A stretch of DNA of 16,896 nt, taken from the NCBI GenBank assembly GCA_039589315.1, contig JBDHHQ010000131.1:1-16896 (forward strand). Reading direction: 5' to 3'. Each line of letters begins with the position of its first letter. The stretch's first letter is position 1. The position numbers and the translations under genes are program-made. Positions 9,606 to 16,896 of the stretch are shown one piece after another. Source of the stretch: Gemmatimonadota bacterium. GTDB taxonomy: Bacteria; Gemmatimonadota; Gemmatimonadetes; Longimicrobiales; Gaopeijiaceae. Below the pieces are notes generated by a model, which was given only the letters and a program-made list of their open reading frames with translations, did not search any database and was not told where the DNA came from.

Positions 9606-10700
9606 GTGAAAGCTGCGAGCGAGCGTACGATTCTGCTGACCGGTGCGACGGGTTTCGTGGGTAGGTACGTCCACGACGCACTCGTGGAGGCGCGGTGGAA
9701 CGTCCGGTGCGCCTCGCGGGACGTAGGGACTGCCCAGTCGCGATGGCCGGAACGCACGTGGGTGCAGCTCGACGTATCCGACGCTTCCTCCATGGCCGGT
9801 GCACTTACGGGGTGCGAGGCTGCGCTCTATCTGATCCACGGCATGGCATCGCATGCGGACGACTTTCGCGAAGTCGAAATCCGGCAAGCGCAGGCCTTTT
9901 CCCGGGAGGCTGCAGCTGCGGGTCTGAACAGGATCGTCTATTTGGGCGGTGTGGCGGCGCCTGCCGACGCGTCCGAACATCTCCGTAGCCGTGAAGAGGT
10001 AGGAGAGGTGCTTCGCGCCGGGGACGTCCCGACGGTGGAGCTCAGGGCGAGCATGATCGTGGGCGAGGGGAGCTTGAGCTGGCTCATCGTCAGGGATCTC
10101 GCCGCGCGCCTTCCCGTGATGATCCTGCCGAGCTGGCTGCGGTCCCGGACGGAACCGGTCTCGATCGACGACATCGCGATCGCTTTGGTGCGATCACTCG
10201 ATCTCGAAGTGGAGGGCAGTGCCTGGTTTGATGTGCCCGGGCCCGACGTGCTTTCTGGTCGTGACATCCTGGAGCGCACAGCCCATGTCCTGGGCGTTGC
10301 CAGACCCCTGATGGTCCAAGTGCCTCTTCTCTCGCCGAAGCTATCGTCGCACTGGGTGCGCTTCGTCACCAGAGCGGAGTGGTCCGTGGCGCGGGAGATC
10401 GTCGTGGGGCTCAAGACCGACCTCGTCGCCCAAGATGACCACTTCTGGTCCATGATCGGTCACACAGACCGCCGGAGCTTCGAAACGGCGGCGAAGGACG
10501 CTGTCGAGGTCGAGCGTGAGGGTGCCCCTATCCCGGGGTTCTGGGGATGGGTTGAACGGAATCTGGCGCGTATGGCCAAGGCAGCTTCGCCCGAGCCAGG
10601 CCACCCGGCGTCGCCGCGCTCGACACGGCCTGGGCAGACCGGCGCGCGGCGGGGTACGGACTCGCGTGGCTCCTCGCCGCCTGGGCATCGAATTACTTAG
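9606..10700 (+). CDS. Atypical SDR / NAD(P)H-binding protein (YbjT-like)
   Basis: Motifs ILLTGATGFVG, ALYLIHGM, RIVYLGG, SEHLRSREEVG and ELRASMIVGEGS. The last ~40 aa are low-complexity and overlap the apparent N-terminus of the next gene. Confidence 0.88.
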   Translation: MKAASERTILLTGATGFVGRYVHDALVEARWNVRCASRDVGTAQSRWPERTWVQLDVSDASSMAGALTGCEAALYLIHGMASHADDFREVEIRQAQAFSREAAAAGLNRIVYLGGVAAPADASEHLRSREEVGEVLRAGDVPTVELRASMIVGEGSLSWLIVRDLAARLPVMILPSWLRSRTEPVSIDDIAIALVRSLDLEVEGSAWFDVPGPDVLSGRDILERTAHVLGVARPLMVQVPLLSPKLSSHWVRFVTRAEWSVAREIVVGLKTDLVAQDDHFWSMIGHTDRRSFETAAKDAVEVEREGAPIPGFWGWVERNLARMAKAASPEPGHPASPRSTRPGQTGARRGTDSRGSSPPGHRIT

Positions 10701-10729
10701 GGATCTGGGCAACGCTGAGCACGCCGGCC

Positions 10730-11233
10730 GTGCTGCTCGGCGCGGCCATCCTCGTCTTCGGGCGTAGAGGCCTCTGGGGAAATGGGGAGCACGTCCGCTC
10801 CGCGATTACGGGTGGGCTGGTGGGCCTCCTCATGGCGGCGGGAACACTGCTCTTGTTCGAACCGGTGACTGCGTTGTTTCCCGCCCTGAGAGCCGACCTT
10901 GCGGAGCTGTACGCCGCATTCCGAAGTGCCGGCCTGCTGGCCATCCTCGTGCTCATGCCGCTCGTAGTGATGTGCGAGGAGCTCGCTTGGCGCGGTGCCA
11001 TTCACCGCGCCCTCACACGACGCATGTCCTGGCCTCGGGCTCTGATTGCCGGCGCAGCCCTCTATGCGATCGCCCACGTGCCTATCGGATCCCCGGCGCT
11101 CGTGCTCACCTCTCTCGGGGCCGGAGCCTGCTGGAGCGCACTCCGGACCTACACCGACAGCCTCCCGGCCGTGATGGCTGCACACCTGGTGTGGAACTTC
11201 GTGGTGCTCGTGCTCTTCCAGCTGGTTCGCTAG
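10730..11233 (+). CDS. CPBP (Abi/Rce1-type) intramembrane glutamic endopeptidase; true start probably upstream
   Basis: Motifs EELAWRG, LYAIAH and AAHLVWN; multiple TM segments. The same frame is open from 10556 and hydrophobic from ~10646, but has no ATG/GTG/TTG before 10730. Confidence 0.82.
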   Translation: MLLGAAILVFGRRGLWGNGEHVRSAITGGLVGLLMAAGTLLLFEPVTALFPALRADLAELYAAFRSAGLLAILVLMPLVVMCEELAWRGAIHRALTRRMSWPRALIAGAALYAIAHVPIGSPALVLTSLGAGACWSALRTYTDSLPAVMAAHLVWNFVVLVLFQLVR

Positions 11234-11242
11234 GTGGCCCAT

Positions 11243-11455
11243 CTGCATCCGGAAGCGGTAGCTCAGCTTCACGAATAGCCCATCAGCTTCGGCCCGCACG
11301 TCCTGGAATCGAAACCCGGAGGTGTCTTCCCACTGACCGGAGTAGTCCAGGGAGAAGACCGTGCCAAGGGACGGTTCGCATGCGAGCAGGGTCTCGATCC
11401 GGAAGAGGTGCGAGTCGGATCCCGTTCGCGGTGAACAGGCGCTGTTCGAGCACCT
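11243..11455 (-). pseudogene. Remnant of the C-terminus of an outer-membrane protein (DUF5916-like)
   Basis: Startless frame CSPRTGSDSHLFRIETLLACEPSLGTVFSLDYSGQWEDTSGFRFQDVRAEADGLFVKLSYRFRM(Q), preceded by TAA at 11458-56. Resembles remembered ...SYEPSPGTVFFLGY...DGxFVKLSYxFR* termini; not searched. Confidence 0.55.
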
Positions 11456-11530
11456 TTAGACTTGTTGTCCTGTAACGGGATCGAGCACCGAGCGGGCTCG
11501 GCGTGCCCGTGGGTGCGGACTGACGGACCG

Positions 11531-11565
11531 AGAGAAGCCCCACTCGGCGCAGGCCGAGTGGGGCT
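11531..11565 (-). terminator. Stem-loop downstream of 11611-12369; probable terminator
   Basis: Perfect 13-bp stem, AGCCCCACTCGGC-GCAG-GCCGAGTGGGGCT (11536-11565). Only a weak pyrimidine tail (TCTCT) follows on the minus strand. Confidence 0.6.
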
Positions 11566-11610
11566 GCCAACTGCGAGAGCAGCCGTCGTCCGCGTAGCCG
11601 GCGCGTCAGC

Positions 11611-12369
11611 CTAGGGGAGCCACACGATCGAAACGGCGCCGTAGTGCAGCCAAGCGAAGTTGTACACGGAGTCGACGTCGGCGCCCCCTTCCACCGTGCG
11701 GTACCCGGCCCTGATGGACCAGTTGTCGTCGAGGTCGTAGCCGAGCCGCAGCGCAGCGTCGATTGCTCGGCCCGGGCCGCCAGCGAGCGCGTCGGCATCG
11801 AATGAAACGTGCCACCGCTGTCCCAACTGGCGCTGAGCAGACAGGTGCAGCAGGGGCACGAAGCCGAAGTCGTCCTTCCGACTTGTTGTCGTTCCCTGCG
11901 CGAGGATGACTGAAGCGTCTCGGATCTTGGCAGTGATGCCCACCCATGCCTGCGACCGATTGCCGGTGTGGAAGCGCCAGCGGTACGTCGCGCGGAAGGA
12001 ATTGAAGGTGTATGTGCCTTCTACCGGCTCACCCGGATCGTAGGTGGCTCCCGCGAATTTCACGGTCCCCGAGAGTATGCCCGTCTCGGCGACCGAGAGC
12101 GGTGCCGCGAGAAGACGAACCGCGTGGTCTGCAGATGGACGCCATGTCACGTAGAGGCGACCCGCAGGCCAGGGTCCGCCGCCGACGAGGTCGGAAAGGG
12201 AAAAGCGAGTCGCGGTGCCGTCGTTCGGGATTTCGACGTCGTTGTTCGACAGCCAAACCGGCCCGGCTTCCACCTCGAACTCGAGCGAGGAGGTTTGGGC
12301 ACTGGCGAGGCTGGGAAGGACCACGGCTGCCAGGAGGGTGAGTGCGGTCAGGCGGGAGAGATGGCTCAT
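11611..12369 (-). CDS. Exported protein, probable outer-membrane beta-barrel (252 aa)
   Basis: Signal peptide ending LASA|Q; many alternating amphipathic strands (RATYRWRF, LRLGYDL, WSIRAGYR); aromatic C-terminal strand (YGAVSIVW). Confidence 0.75.
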   Translation of the reverse strand: MSHLSRLTALTLLAAVVLPSLASAQTSSLEFEVEAGPVWLSNNDVEIPNDGTATRFSLSDLVGGGPWPAGRLYVTWRPSADHAVRLLAAPLSVAETGILSGTVKFAGATYDPGEPVEGTYTFNSFRATYRWRFHTGNRSQAWVGITAKIRDASVILAQGTTTSRKDDFGFVPLLHLSAQRQLGQRWHVSFDADALAGGPGRAIDAALRLGYDLDDNWSIRAGYRTVEGGADVDSVYNFAWLHYGAVSIVWLP

Positions 12370-12550
12370 CGTCTATGTCGCTCCCGGAGCTCTGGGGTAC
12401 TTGGTCCTAAGGGTCTCGCTGACAGAGCGCGACGCTCGCTGAGCCGGGAGTGGCCCCGGCTTGTAACTTCGATAAGGTCATGCCAGTCGTCATTCTGGCA
12501 TGCGGCGCTGCGTGGCGCGCTCGTGAGCTGCTGAGACGAAGGGGAAGGTG

Positions 12551-13426
12551 ATGAGCAAGGAAGATCGATTGGCAGCGACGTTGACGCCGTTCGTGGTCGC
12601 TGCGGGTGTGGCGATGGCTTGGGCCGGAAGCCAAGGCGGGAAGGTGGTCGGCACGTTCCCTATCTTCGCGATCTGTGGTGCGCTCTCCTTCGCCGTGAAC
12701 TGGATCGCATTCCTACCGGCGTACGCGGCCAAGACGGAGCGGTACTTCGATCTCACGGGGAGCATCACCTATGTCAGTGTGGTGTTTACCGCGCTGCTTC
12801 TCGCCCGCGCGGGAGATGCTCGGTCGCTCCTTCTGGGTGCGCTCGTTCTGGTGTGGGCCATCCGGCTGGGCTCGTTCTTGTTCGCGCGGATCAAGCGAGA
12901 AGGCAAGGACGCACGCTTCGATGAGCTCAAGACCAGCCTCTGGCGTTTCTTCGGCGCGTGGACGTTGCAGGGCCTGTGGGTCTTCCTGACTCTGGCTGCC
13001 GCGCTCGGTGCCATCACGAGTCAAAGCGTTCGCCCACTCGGTGTGCCGGCAGTCCTCGGTTGTGCCATCTGGGCGATCGGCTTCTCCATCGAGGTGGTCG
13101 CCGACCGCCAGAAGAAGCGATTCCGCGAGGACCCCCTGAACAAGGACCGATTCATCAAGACCGGCCTATGGGCTTGGTCCAGGCACCCGAACTATTTCGG
13201 TGAGATCGTGCTCTGGTTCGGAGTGGCCATCATCGCGTTCCCGGAACTCGCGGGGTGGCAGTATGTCACGTTGATCTCGCCACTGTTCGTCTATCTCCTA
13301 CTCACGCGCATCAGTGGGATTCCACTGCTCCGGGAACGCGCCGAAGCGAAGTGGGGTGATGACCCGGAGTACCAGGCGTACCGAGACCGGACGCCCGAGC
13401 TGTTCATGCGCCGGCCTGTCGCCTGA
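12551..13426 (+). CDS. DUF1295 / steroid 5-alpha-reductase-like membrane protein
   Basis: Motifs WAIRLGSFLFARI, KDARF, EVVADRQK, TGLWAWSRHPNYFGE and ISGIPLL. Start is ATG 12551 or GTG 12548, after GGGGAAGG. Confidence 0.9.
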   Translation: MSKEDRLAATLTPFVVAAGVAMAWAGSQGGKVVGTFPIFAICGALSFAVNWIAFLPAYAAKTERYFDLTGSITYVSVVFTALLLARAGDARSLLLGALVLVWAIRLGSFLFARIKREGKDARFDELKTSLWRFFGAWTLQGLWVFLTLAAALGAITSQSVRPLGVPAVLGCAIWAIGFSIEVVADRQKKRFREDPLNKDRFIKTGLWAWSRHPNYFGEIVLWFGVAIIAFPELAGWQYVTLISPLFVYLLLTRISGIPLLRERAEAKWGDDPEYQAYRDRTPELFMRRPVA

Positions 13427-13434
13427 CGGTAGGG

Positions 13435-13881
13435 TCATTCGGGAATGCGTTCGACGCACTTCTTGAGCCGCCTGAGCGTAGCTTCGAGCTGATCTTTCGC
13501 AGCCTTCTCCATCAGGGCCTTGGGGATGAAGCGGAGCGCTCCTTTCGGGTTCGCTGTGACGCTCATGGTGACCCTCGAGCCTGCTGGAGTCTCTTCACAG
13601 GTGATCTCCGTGCTCGCGTCCACGGTCGAGTCAGGTGTACTCGAGTAGACGACCCTCCAACCGGGGCCGAGCTCTTCCACGACGTATGTGTTGGCGACGC
13701 GCTTGCCCATGAAGGAGCTGATGTAGCTCTTGCGCGTACCCACCTGAGTGGCTCCGCTGGGCTCCTTGACCGCCACCTCCAGGTCGGGCTGCCACTCGTG
13801 CTCGAGATCCACGTCGTCCATGTATGCGAAGACGTTGCTGGCCGGTCTAGCGATATCGATGCTGTGCGTGTGCGTGCTCAA
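13435..13881 (-). CDS. SRPBCC (START/polyketide cyclase-like) family protein
   Basis: N-terminal SIDIARPASNVFAYMDD...EWQ pattern; C-terminal helix LRRLKKCVE. TTG start overlaps the upstream stop (TTGA). Confidence 0.8.
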   Translation of the reverse strand: MSTHTHSIDIARPASNVFAYMDDVDLEHEWQPDLEVAVKEPSGATQVGTRKSYISSFMGKRVANTYVVEELGPGWRVVYSSTPDSTVDASTEITCEETPAGSRVTMSVTANPKGALRFIPKALMEKAAKDQLEATLRRLKKCVERIPE

Positions 13882-14354
13882 GCGACCACCGCCGTCGTCC
13901 GGCCGCCGAACAACTTCGATACGACGTCGCGTCGATAATCGAAGATCGCTTCGAGTTGTGGACGGATGAGTAACGAGTGAACCAAGCGGCCGAGTGGACC
14001 GAACGGGAGCTCGTACGAGACGATGTCCCGGATTTCAACGCTGCCCAGCACGTCCGTGAACACATGGCGGTGATACCAGCGCACGTAGGGGCCGCGGAGC
14101 ATCTCGTCCGCGAAATGGCTCCCTGGCTCGTACTCGGAAATGCGCGAGTGCCACGACATGGGGAAGATCTGCCAACGGAGTCGGTAGGTGATCTCCGTGC
14201 CGAGCTTGACCCTGCGGTCTGTGGTCGATCGCACTGTGAAGTGCAGCCAAGGTGGCGTGAGAGCCTCCAGATTCATGGGGTCTTCGAAAAAGGCGAAGAC
14301 GGTGTCTAAATCGGCTGTGACGACTTGGCGCCGTTCAAGAACGTGCCCTGCCAT
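13878..14354 (-). CDS. SRPBCC family protein (COG4276-like, 158 aa)
   Basis: Motifs VFAFFEDPMNLEALTPPWL, FADEMLRGPYVRWYHRHVF, YELPFGPLG and IFDYR. Start reassigned to ATG 14354 (GGGAAG SD). Confidence 0.9.
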   Translation of the reverse strand: MAGHVLERRQVVTADLDTVFAFFEDPMNLEALTPPWLHFTVRSTTDRRVKLGTEITYRLRWQIFPMSWHSRISEYEPGSHFADEMLRGPYVRWYHRHVFTDVLGSVEIRDIVSYELPFGPLGRLVHSLLIRPQLEAIFDYRRDVVSKLFGGRTTAVVA

Positions 14355-14404
14355 GGTCTTCCCTGGGGTTGTAGGTGATTGACCGAGCTTCCCTCTCGAA
14401 CGCA

Positions 14405-14435
14405 GCGGCGGCCAACCCCGTGGGTTGACCGCCGC
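14405..14435 (-). other. Intercistronic 14-bp RNA hairpin between fasciclin and SRPBCC genes
   Basis: Minus strand GCGGCGGTCAACCC-ACG-GGGTTGGCCGCCGC pairs fully with one G:U (a C/A mismatch on the plus strand). No U-tract. Confidence 0.6.
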
Positions 14436-14485
14436 CTTCCTCGGTAGGAGACCCGAGTCGTGCTGATCGCGTGCTCCCATTGTGA

Positions 14486-14974
14486 TTACTGCTGCGTCGG
14501 AGGGAGCATGACCGTGTCGATGATGTGGATGATGCCGTTCGAAGCCATCACGTCCGCGGTCGTGACCTTGGAGCCACCGACGTACACGTCGCCCATCCTC
14601 ACTTCGACGGACGCATCGATTCCGGAAACCGTCTCGGCGGACGAGATACCCGAGACCATTTCGGCGGTGACTTTACCCGCGACGACGTGGTAGGTCAGGA
14701 TCTGGACCAACTTCTCCTTGTCCGCGAGGAGGGCCTCGACCGTACCAACAGGGAGCTTGGCGAACGCCGCATCCGTGGGAGCGAACACGGTGAACGGTCC
14801 TTCACCCTGGAGGACTCCGACCAAATCGGCGGCCTCGAGAGCGGCTGCGAGGGTGTTGAACACACCGGCCTCGACCGCCGTGGTGACGATGTCCTTCTCT
14901 TCCTGAGCTTCGACGGCGACCGGAGCTGCGATGAGGGCTGCGGCTGCGGCTGCCAGAGTGATCGTGCGAATCAT
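14486..14974 (-). CDS. Secreted fasciclin (FAS1) domain protein
   Basis: Signal peptide ending VEA|Q; GPFTVFAPTDAAFAKLP; ILTYHVVAGK; ASNGIIHIIDTVMLP; GGAG SD. Confidence 0.96.
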   Translation of the reverse strand: MIRTITLAAAAAALIAAPVAVEAQEEKDIVTTAVEAGVFNTLAAALEAADLVGVLQGEGPFTVFAPTDAAFAKLPVGTVEALLADKEKLVQILTYHVVAGKVTAEMVSGISSAETVSGIDASVEVRMGDVYVGGSKVTTADVMASNGIIHIIDTVMLPPTQQ

Positions 14975-15010
14975 TGTTTTTCTCCATTGGGAGGGCTCTT
15001 AAGCGGCCCC

Positions 15011-15070
15011 TGTATAACTTGTGTCCAGCAAGCTTATGGACATCGGTTGAGGATGTCAATCCTTTGTCTA
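15011..15070 (-). promoter_or_regulatory. Promoter and predicted CarH operator of the fasciclin-SRPBCC unit
   Basis: Minus strand: TAGACA(15070-65)-N5-TTGACA(15059-54)-N11-TGTCCA-TAAGCTtgc-TGGACA(15027-22)-N5-TATACA(15016-11). The -35/-10 spacer is exactly 17. Confidence 0.82.
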
Positions 15071-15089
15071 AGATCATTGCGATAATTGT

Positions 15090-15123
15090 TTGACACACAT
15101 GATACACGATGTTATTGTGTCCC
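15090..15123 (+). promoter_or_regulatory. Sigma70-type promoter of carH2 with a degenerate two-repeat operator; leaderless
   Basis: TTGACA(15090-95)-N17-TATTGT(15113-18, preceded by TGn)-N5-ATG(15124). GATACA (15101-06) starts 11 bp after the -35 start. No SD. Confidence 0.75.
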
Positions 15124-16098
15124 ATGAAAATCACGGAAACTTTACCCAGGCACCCGATTCGTGTGGTTGCTGAGCGGACAGGATTGACGCCCGCCACACT
15201 TCGGGCTTGGGAACGACGATACAACGCGATCAAGCCTGGCCGATCAGAGGCGGGTCAGCACCTGTACTCGGACTCGGACCTCGAGCGACTCAGGTGCTTG
15301 CGACGGCTCACCAAGGCCGGCAGATCGATCAGCCTGGTCGCTTCGCTGTCCGACGAGGAGGCGAGCGCGCTCCTCGCGGAAGATCGGGCGTCCCGGACGG
15401 AGACCGCCGCCGAGGCTGCCGGTGAGGCAGAGGATCGGTCTTCCGGCCCAGGATCCGAGTGGGTGTCCGAAGCCTACCAGGCAATGCTCCACATGGACGG
15501 CGTCGCACTCGAGCGCGTCTTGTGGAATGCGACACTGACCCTCAGCGCCGCGTCCTTTCTGGATGACGTGGTCACTCCGCTACTCACACGTGTGGGCGCG
15601 GGGTGGGTGGCCGGTGAGGTGACGCCCGTACAGGAACACTTCGCCAGTGCCGTGGTGGAAAGGGTGTTGGACAAGCTGGCCGCACCTTCACGAGCGGATG
15701 GCGGACCCACCCTCGTTGTCGCCACGGTTCGAGGTGAGCGGCATGGCTTGGGTGCGAAGCTGGCGTCCACGGCAGCCATCCTGGAGGGGTGGAGCGTCAG
15801 ATACCTGGGTATCGACCTGCCTGTTGCGGCCATCGCGGAGGCGGCGGAATCGATTGGGGCCACAGCTGTAGCGATCAGCGCTGTGGACCTGGATCGTGCG
15901 GCAGGCACCCGGCGGGCCGTAGTCGAACTCCGTGAGCGTCTCACTGCGTCGATCGACATCGTGGTCGGCGGACGCGCCTCACACCTCGTCGCGTCCGAGC
16001 CGCCTCCTGCAGGGGTTCACGTAGTGGACGGGCTGCACGGACTGAGAGCGTACTGTGGAAGCGTGGGCACTGCGTCACGTACAGCGATCCGTAGATAG
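15124..16098 (+). CDS. carH: CarH/LitR adenosylcobalamin-dependent photoreceptor-repressor, paralog 2 (324 aa)
   Basis: Motifs TLRAWERRY, W-x9-EH (WVAGEVTPVQEH), ERHGLG, YLGIDLP, AISAV and VVGG. Start moved to 15124 by alignment with paralog 1 (MK...RHPIRVV) and by promoter position. Confidence 0.92.
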   Translation: MKITETLPRHPIRVVAERTGLTPATLRAWERRYNAIKPGRSEAGQHLYSDSDLERLRCLRRLTKAGRSISLVASLSDEEASALLAEDRASRTETAAEAAGEAEDRSSGPGSEWVSEAYQAMLHMDGVALERVLWNATLTLSAASFLDDVVTPLLTRVGAGWVAGEVTPVQEHFASAVVERVLDKLAAPSRADGGPTLVVATVRGERHGLGAKLASTAAILEGWSVRYLGIDLPVAAIAEAAESIGATAVAISAVDLDRAAGTRRAVVELRERLTASIDIVVGGRASHLVASEPPPAGVHVVDGLHGLRAYCGSVGTASRTAIRR

Positions 16099-16099
16099 T

Positions 16100-16158
16100 T
16101 GAACAGAGAGTTGACAGCCTATCGTTTGTGACCATATTTATTGAACATAATTTCGACA
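16100..16158 (+). promoter_or_regulatory. Promoter and predicted CarH operator of the downstream beta-barrel gene
   Basis: TGAACA(16100)-N5-TTGACA(16111)-N10-TGTGAC-catatttat-TGAACA(16142)-N5-TCGACA(16153). Confidence 0.78.
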
Positions 16159-16247
16159 ACCAACAATTCAGTCCTGTCGAACCGGGAATCGAGGAGGGTG
16201 CTTGCAGCCAAGCTCCTCCCGTGCCGACGAGGGACTCGGAGGGATAG

Positions 16248-16724
16248 ATGAACAAGAAGATCTTTGTTGCAGCGGCGGCGCTCTTTGCTTTGGGTGGTGT
16301 GTTCGACATCGCTGACGTCGCGAACGTCGGCTGGGGTGGCGGAGTCGGGTTGGGGTATCTGGCCAGCGACAAGGTCCGGCTTATGGCCGACTTCGACTTC
16401 GGTGCACACGGTACGGACACGCCTGACGTGACCATCAACACCTACCACTAAATGGCGAAGGTCGGCTACGAGGTGTTCTCGAGCGACAAGGTGACGTTCA
16501 GCGTCAACCTCGGAGCCGGAGCCGTAACGTTTGGTGGCGACCTGCCCGACAGCTACACGTACCCCGCGATCAACGCCGGCGCGAAGCTCGGCATTCAGTT
16601 GTCGCCTTCGGTCGACTTCCTGATCAGCCCGCAGGGTGATATCGCGTTCTCGGACGAAGCCGAGGTCGGCACGTCGAACTCGTGGGTCTGGCCGTTCGGA
16701 GTAGGACTGCGCATCAAGTACTAG
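16248..16724 (+). pseudogene. Small outer-membrane beta-barrel gene with an in-frame TAA (16449-16451) and probably a truncated signal peptide
   Basis: The ORFs 16248-16451 and 16452-16724 are in the same frame, separated only by TAA (NTYH*MAKVGY). There is one SD (GGAGGG) at the first ATG and a C-terminal barrel signal GVGLRIKY. The hydrophobic N-terminus has no AxA cleavage site. Confidence 0.82.
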
Positions 16725-16749
16725 CGCGGCAAGGGCCCTGAGTGGACAG

Positions 16750-16786
16750 CGGGGGCGGGTCCTGCGGGATCCGTCCCCGTTTTGTT
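16750..16786 (+). terminator. Intrinsic (Rho-independent) terminator
   Basis: 13-bp stem CGGGGGCGGGTCC-TGCG-GGATCCGTCCCCG (two G:U), followed by TTTTGTT, 25 nt after the stop codon. Confidence 0.88.
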
Positions 16787-16896
16787 GTGCGCCAGGCATG
16801 GCGCGGCCCGCCGGGAGGCGGGCGATAAACCGTGAGGCGAAAGCCGAGCGGGAAGTGACTTGGGGGTGAGAGTCCCCTGGGGGCCCTGGTGGCTGG
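16787..16896 (+). mobile_element. 5' end of a group II intron (class C / IIC), continuing beyond the window
   Basis: Starts GTGCGCCAGGCATGG (GUGYG boundary, IIC-like 5' end) immediately after the terminator U-tract; contains GGGTGAGAGTCCC (16864-16876), as in domain I of IIC introns. Insertion after intrinsic terminators is the established IIC target preference. Confidence 0.8.

Noticed and set aside
10697..11299. 200-aa minus-strand ORF as a real gene
   Set aside because: Only its first ~18 codons belong to the remnant frame. The rest is read-through antisense to the CPBP gene.
12462..12492. Possible ECF-sigma promoter (TGTAAC ... CGTCA) upstream of DUF1295
   Set aside because: The AAC-to-CGT distance is 20 nt, longer than the usual ~16-17, and no ECF sigma gene is in the window.
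16159..16247. Cobalamin riboswitch upstream of the barrel gene
   Set aside because: Only a lone GGGAA is present. The B12-box and GCCACTG-type elements are absent and the leader is short.
16449..16451. Stop-codon recoding or alternative genetic code
   Set aside because: TAA terminates other genes here (2242-2244 and 14486-14488), and Sec and Pyl use TGA and TAG. A point mutation or sequencing error is simpler.

Overview
GC-rich bacterial window carrying a predicted light/photo-oxidative-stress island, with a mobile element at each end. At its core are two paralogous MerR-family, B12-binding CarH/LitR photoreceptor-repressors (6577-7500 and 15124-16098), each sharing a divergent promoter region with a target unit. 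The units are: (i) FAD oxidoreductase - DUF1365 - cfa - second SAM methyltransferase - membrane protein, resembling the ufaD/ufaO/ufaM furan-fatty-acid gene set; (ii) carH1 - class II CPD photolyase - DUF427 - SDR - CPBP protease; (iii) fasciclin - two SRPBCC proteins; (iv) a small outer-membrane beta-barrel. DUF1295 and a second beta-barrel lie in between. No carotenoid genes and no ECF sigma/anti-sigma pair are in the window. The three target promoters share one split operator layout read directly from the DNA: TnnACA-N5-TTGACA(-35)-N10/11-TGTnnn-N9(-10)-TnnACA-N5-TnnACA. Both carH genes look leaderless and autorepressed. At the left end, a complete IS630-family element (TA duplication, 23/30 terminal inverted repeats, one passenger ORF, start-codon-sequestering hairpin) interrupts a gene. 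At the right end, a probable group IIC intron begins right after an intrinsic terminator. Several genes carry apparent lesions (in-frame deletion, frameshift, premature TAA, missing start, gene remnant), suggesting decay of the island or assembly error. All family assignments are by motif recognition; no searches were run.
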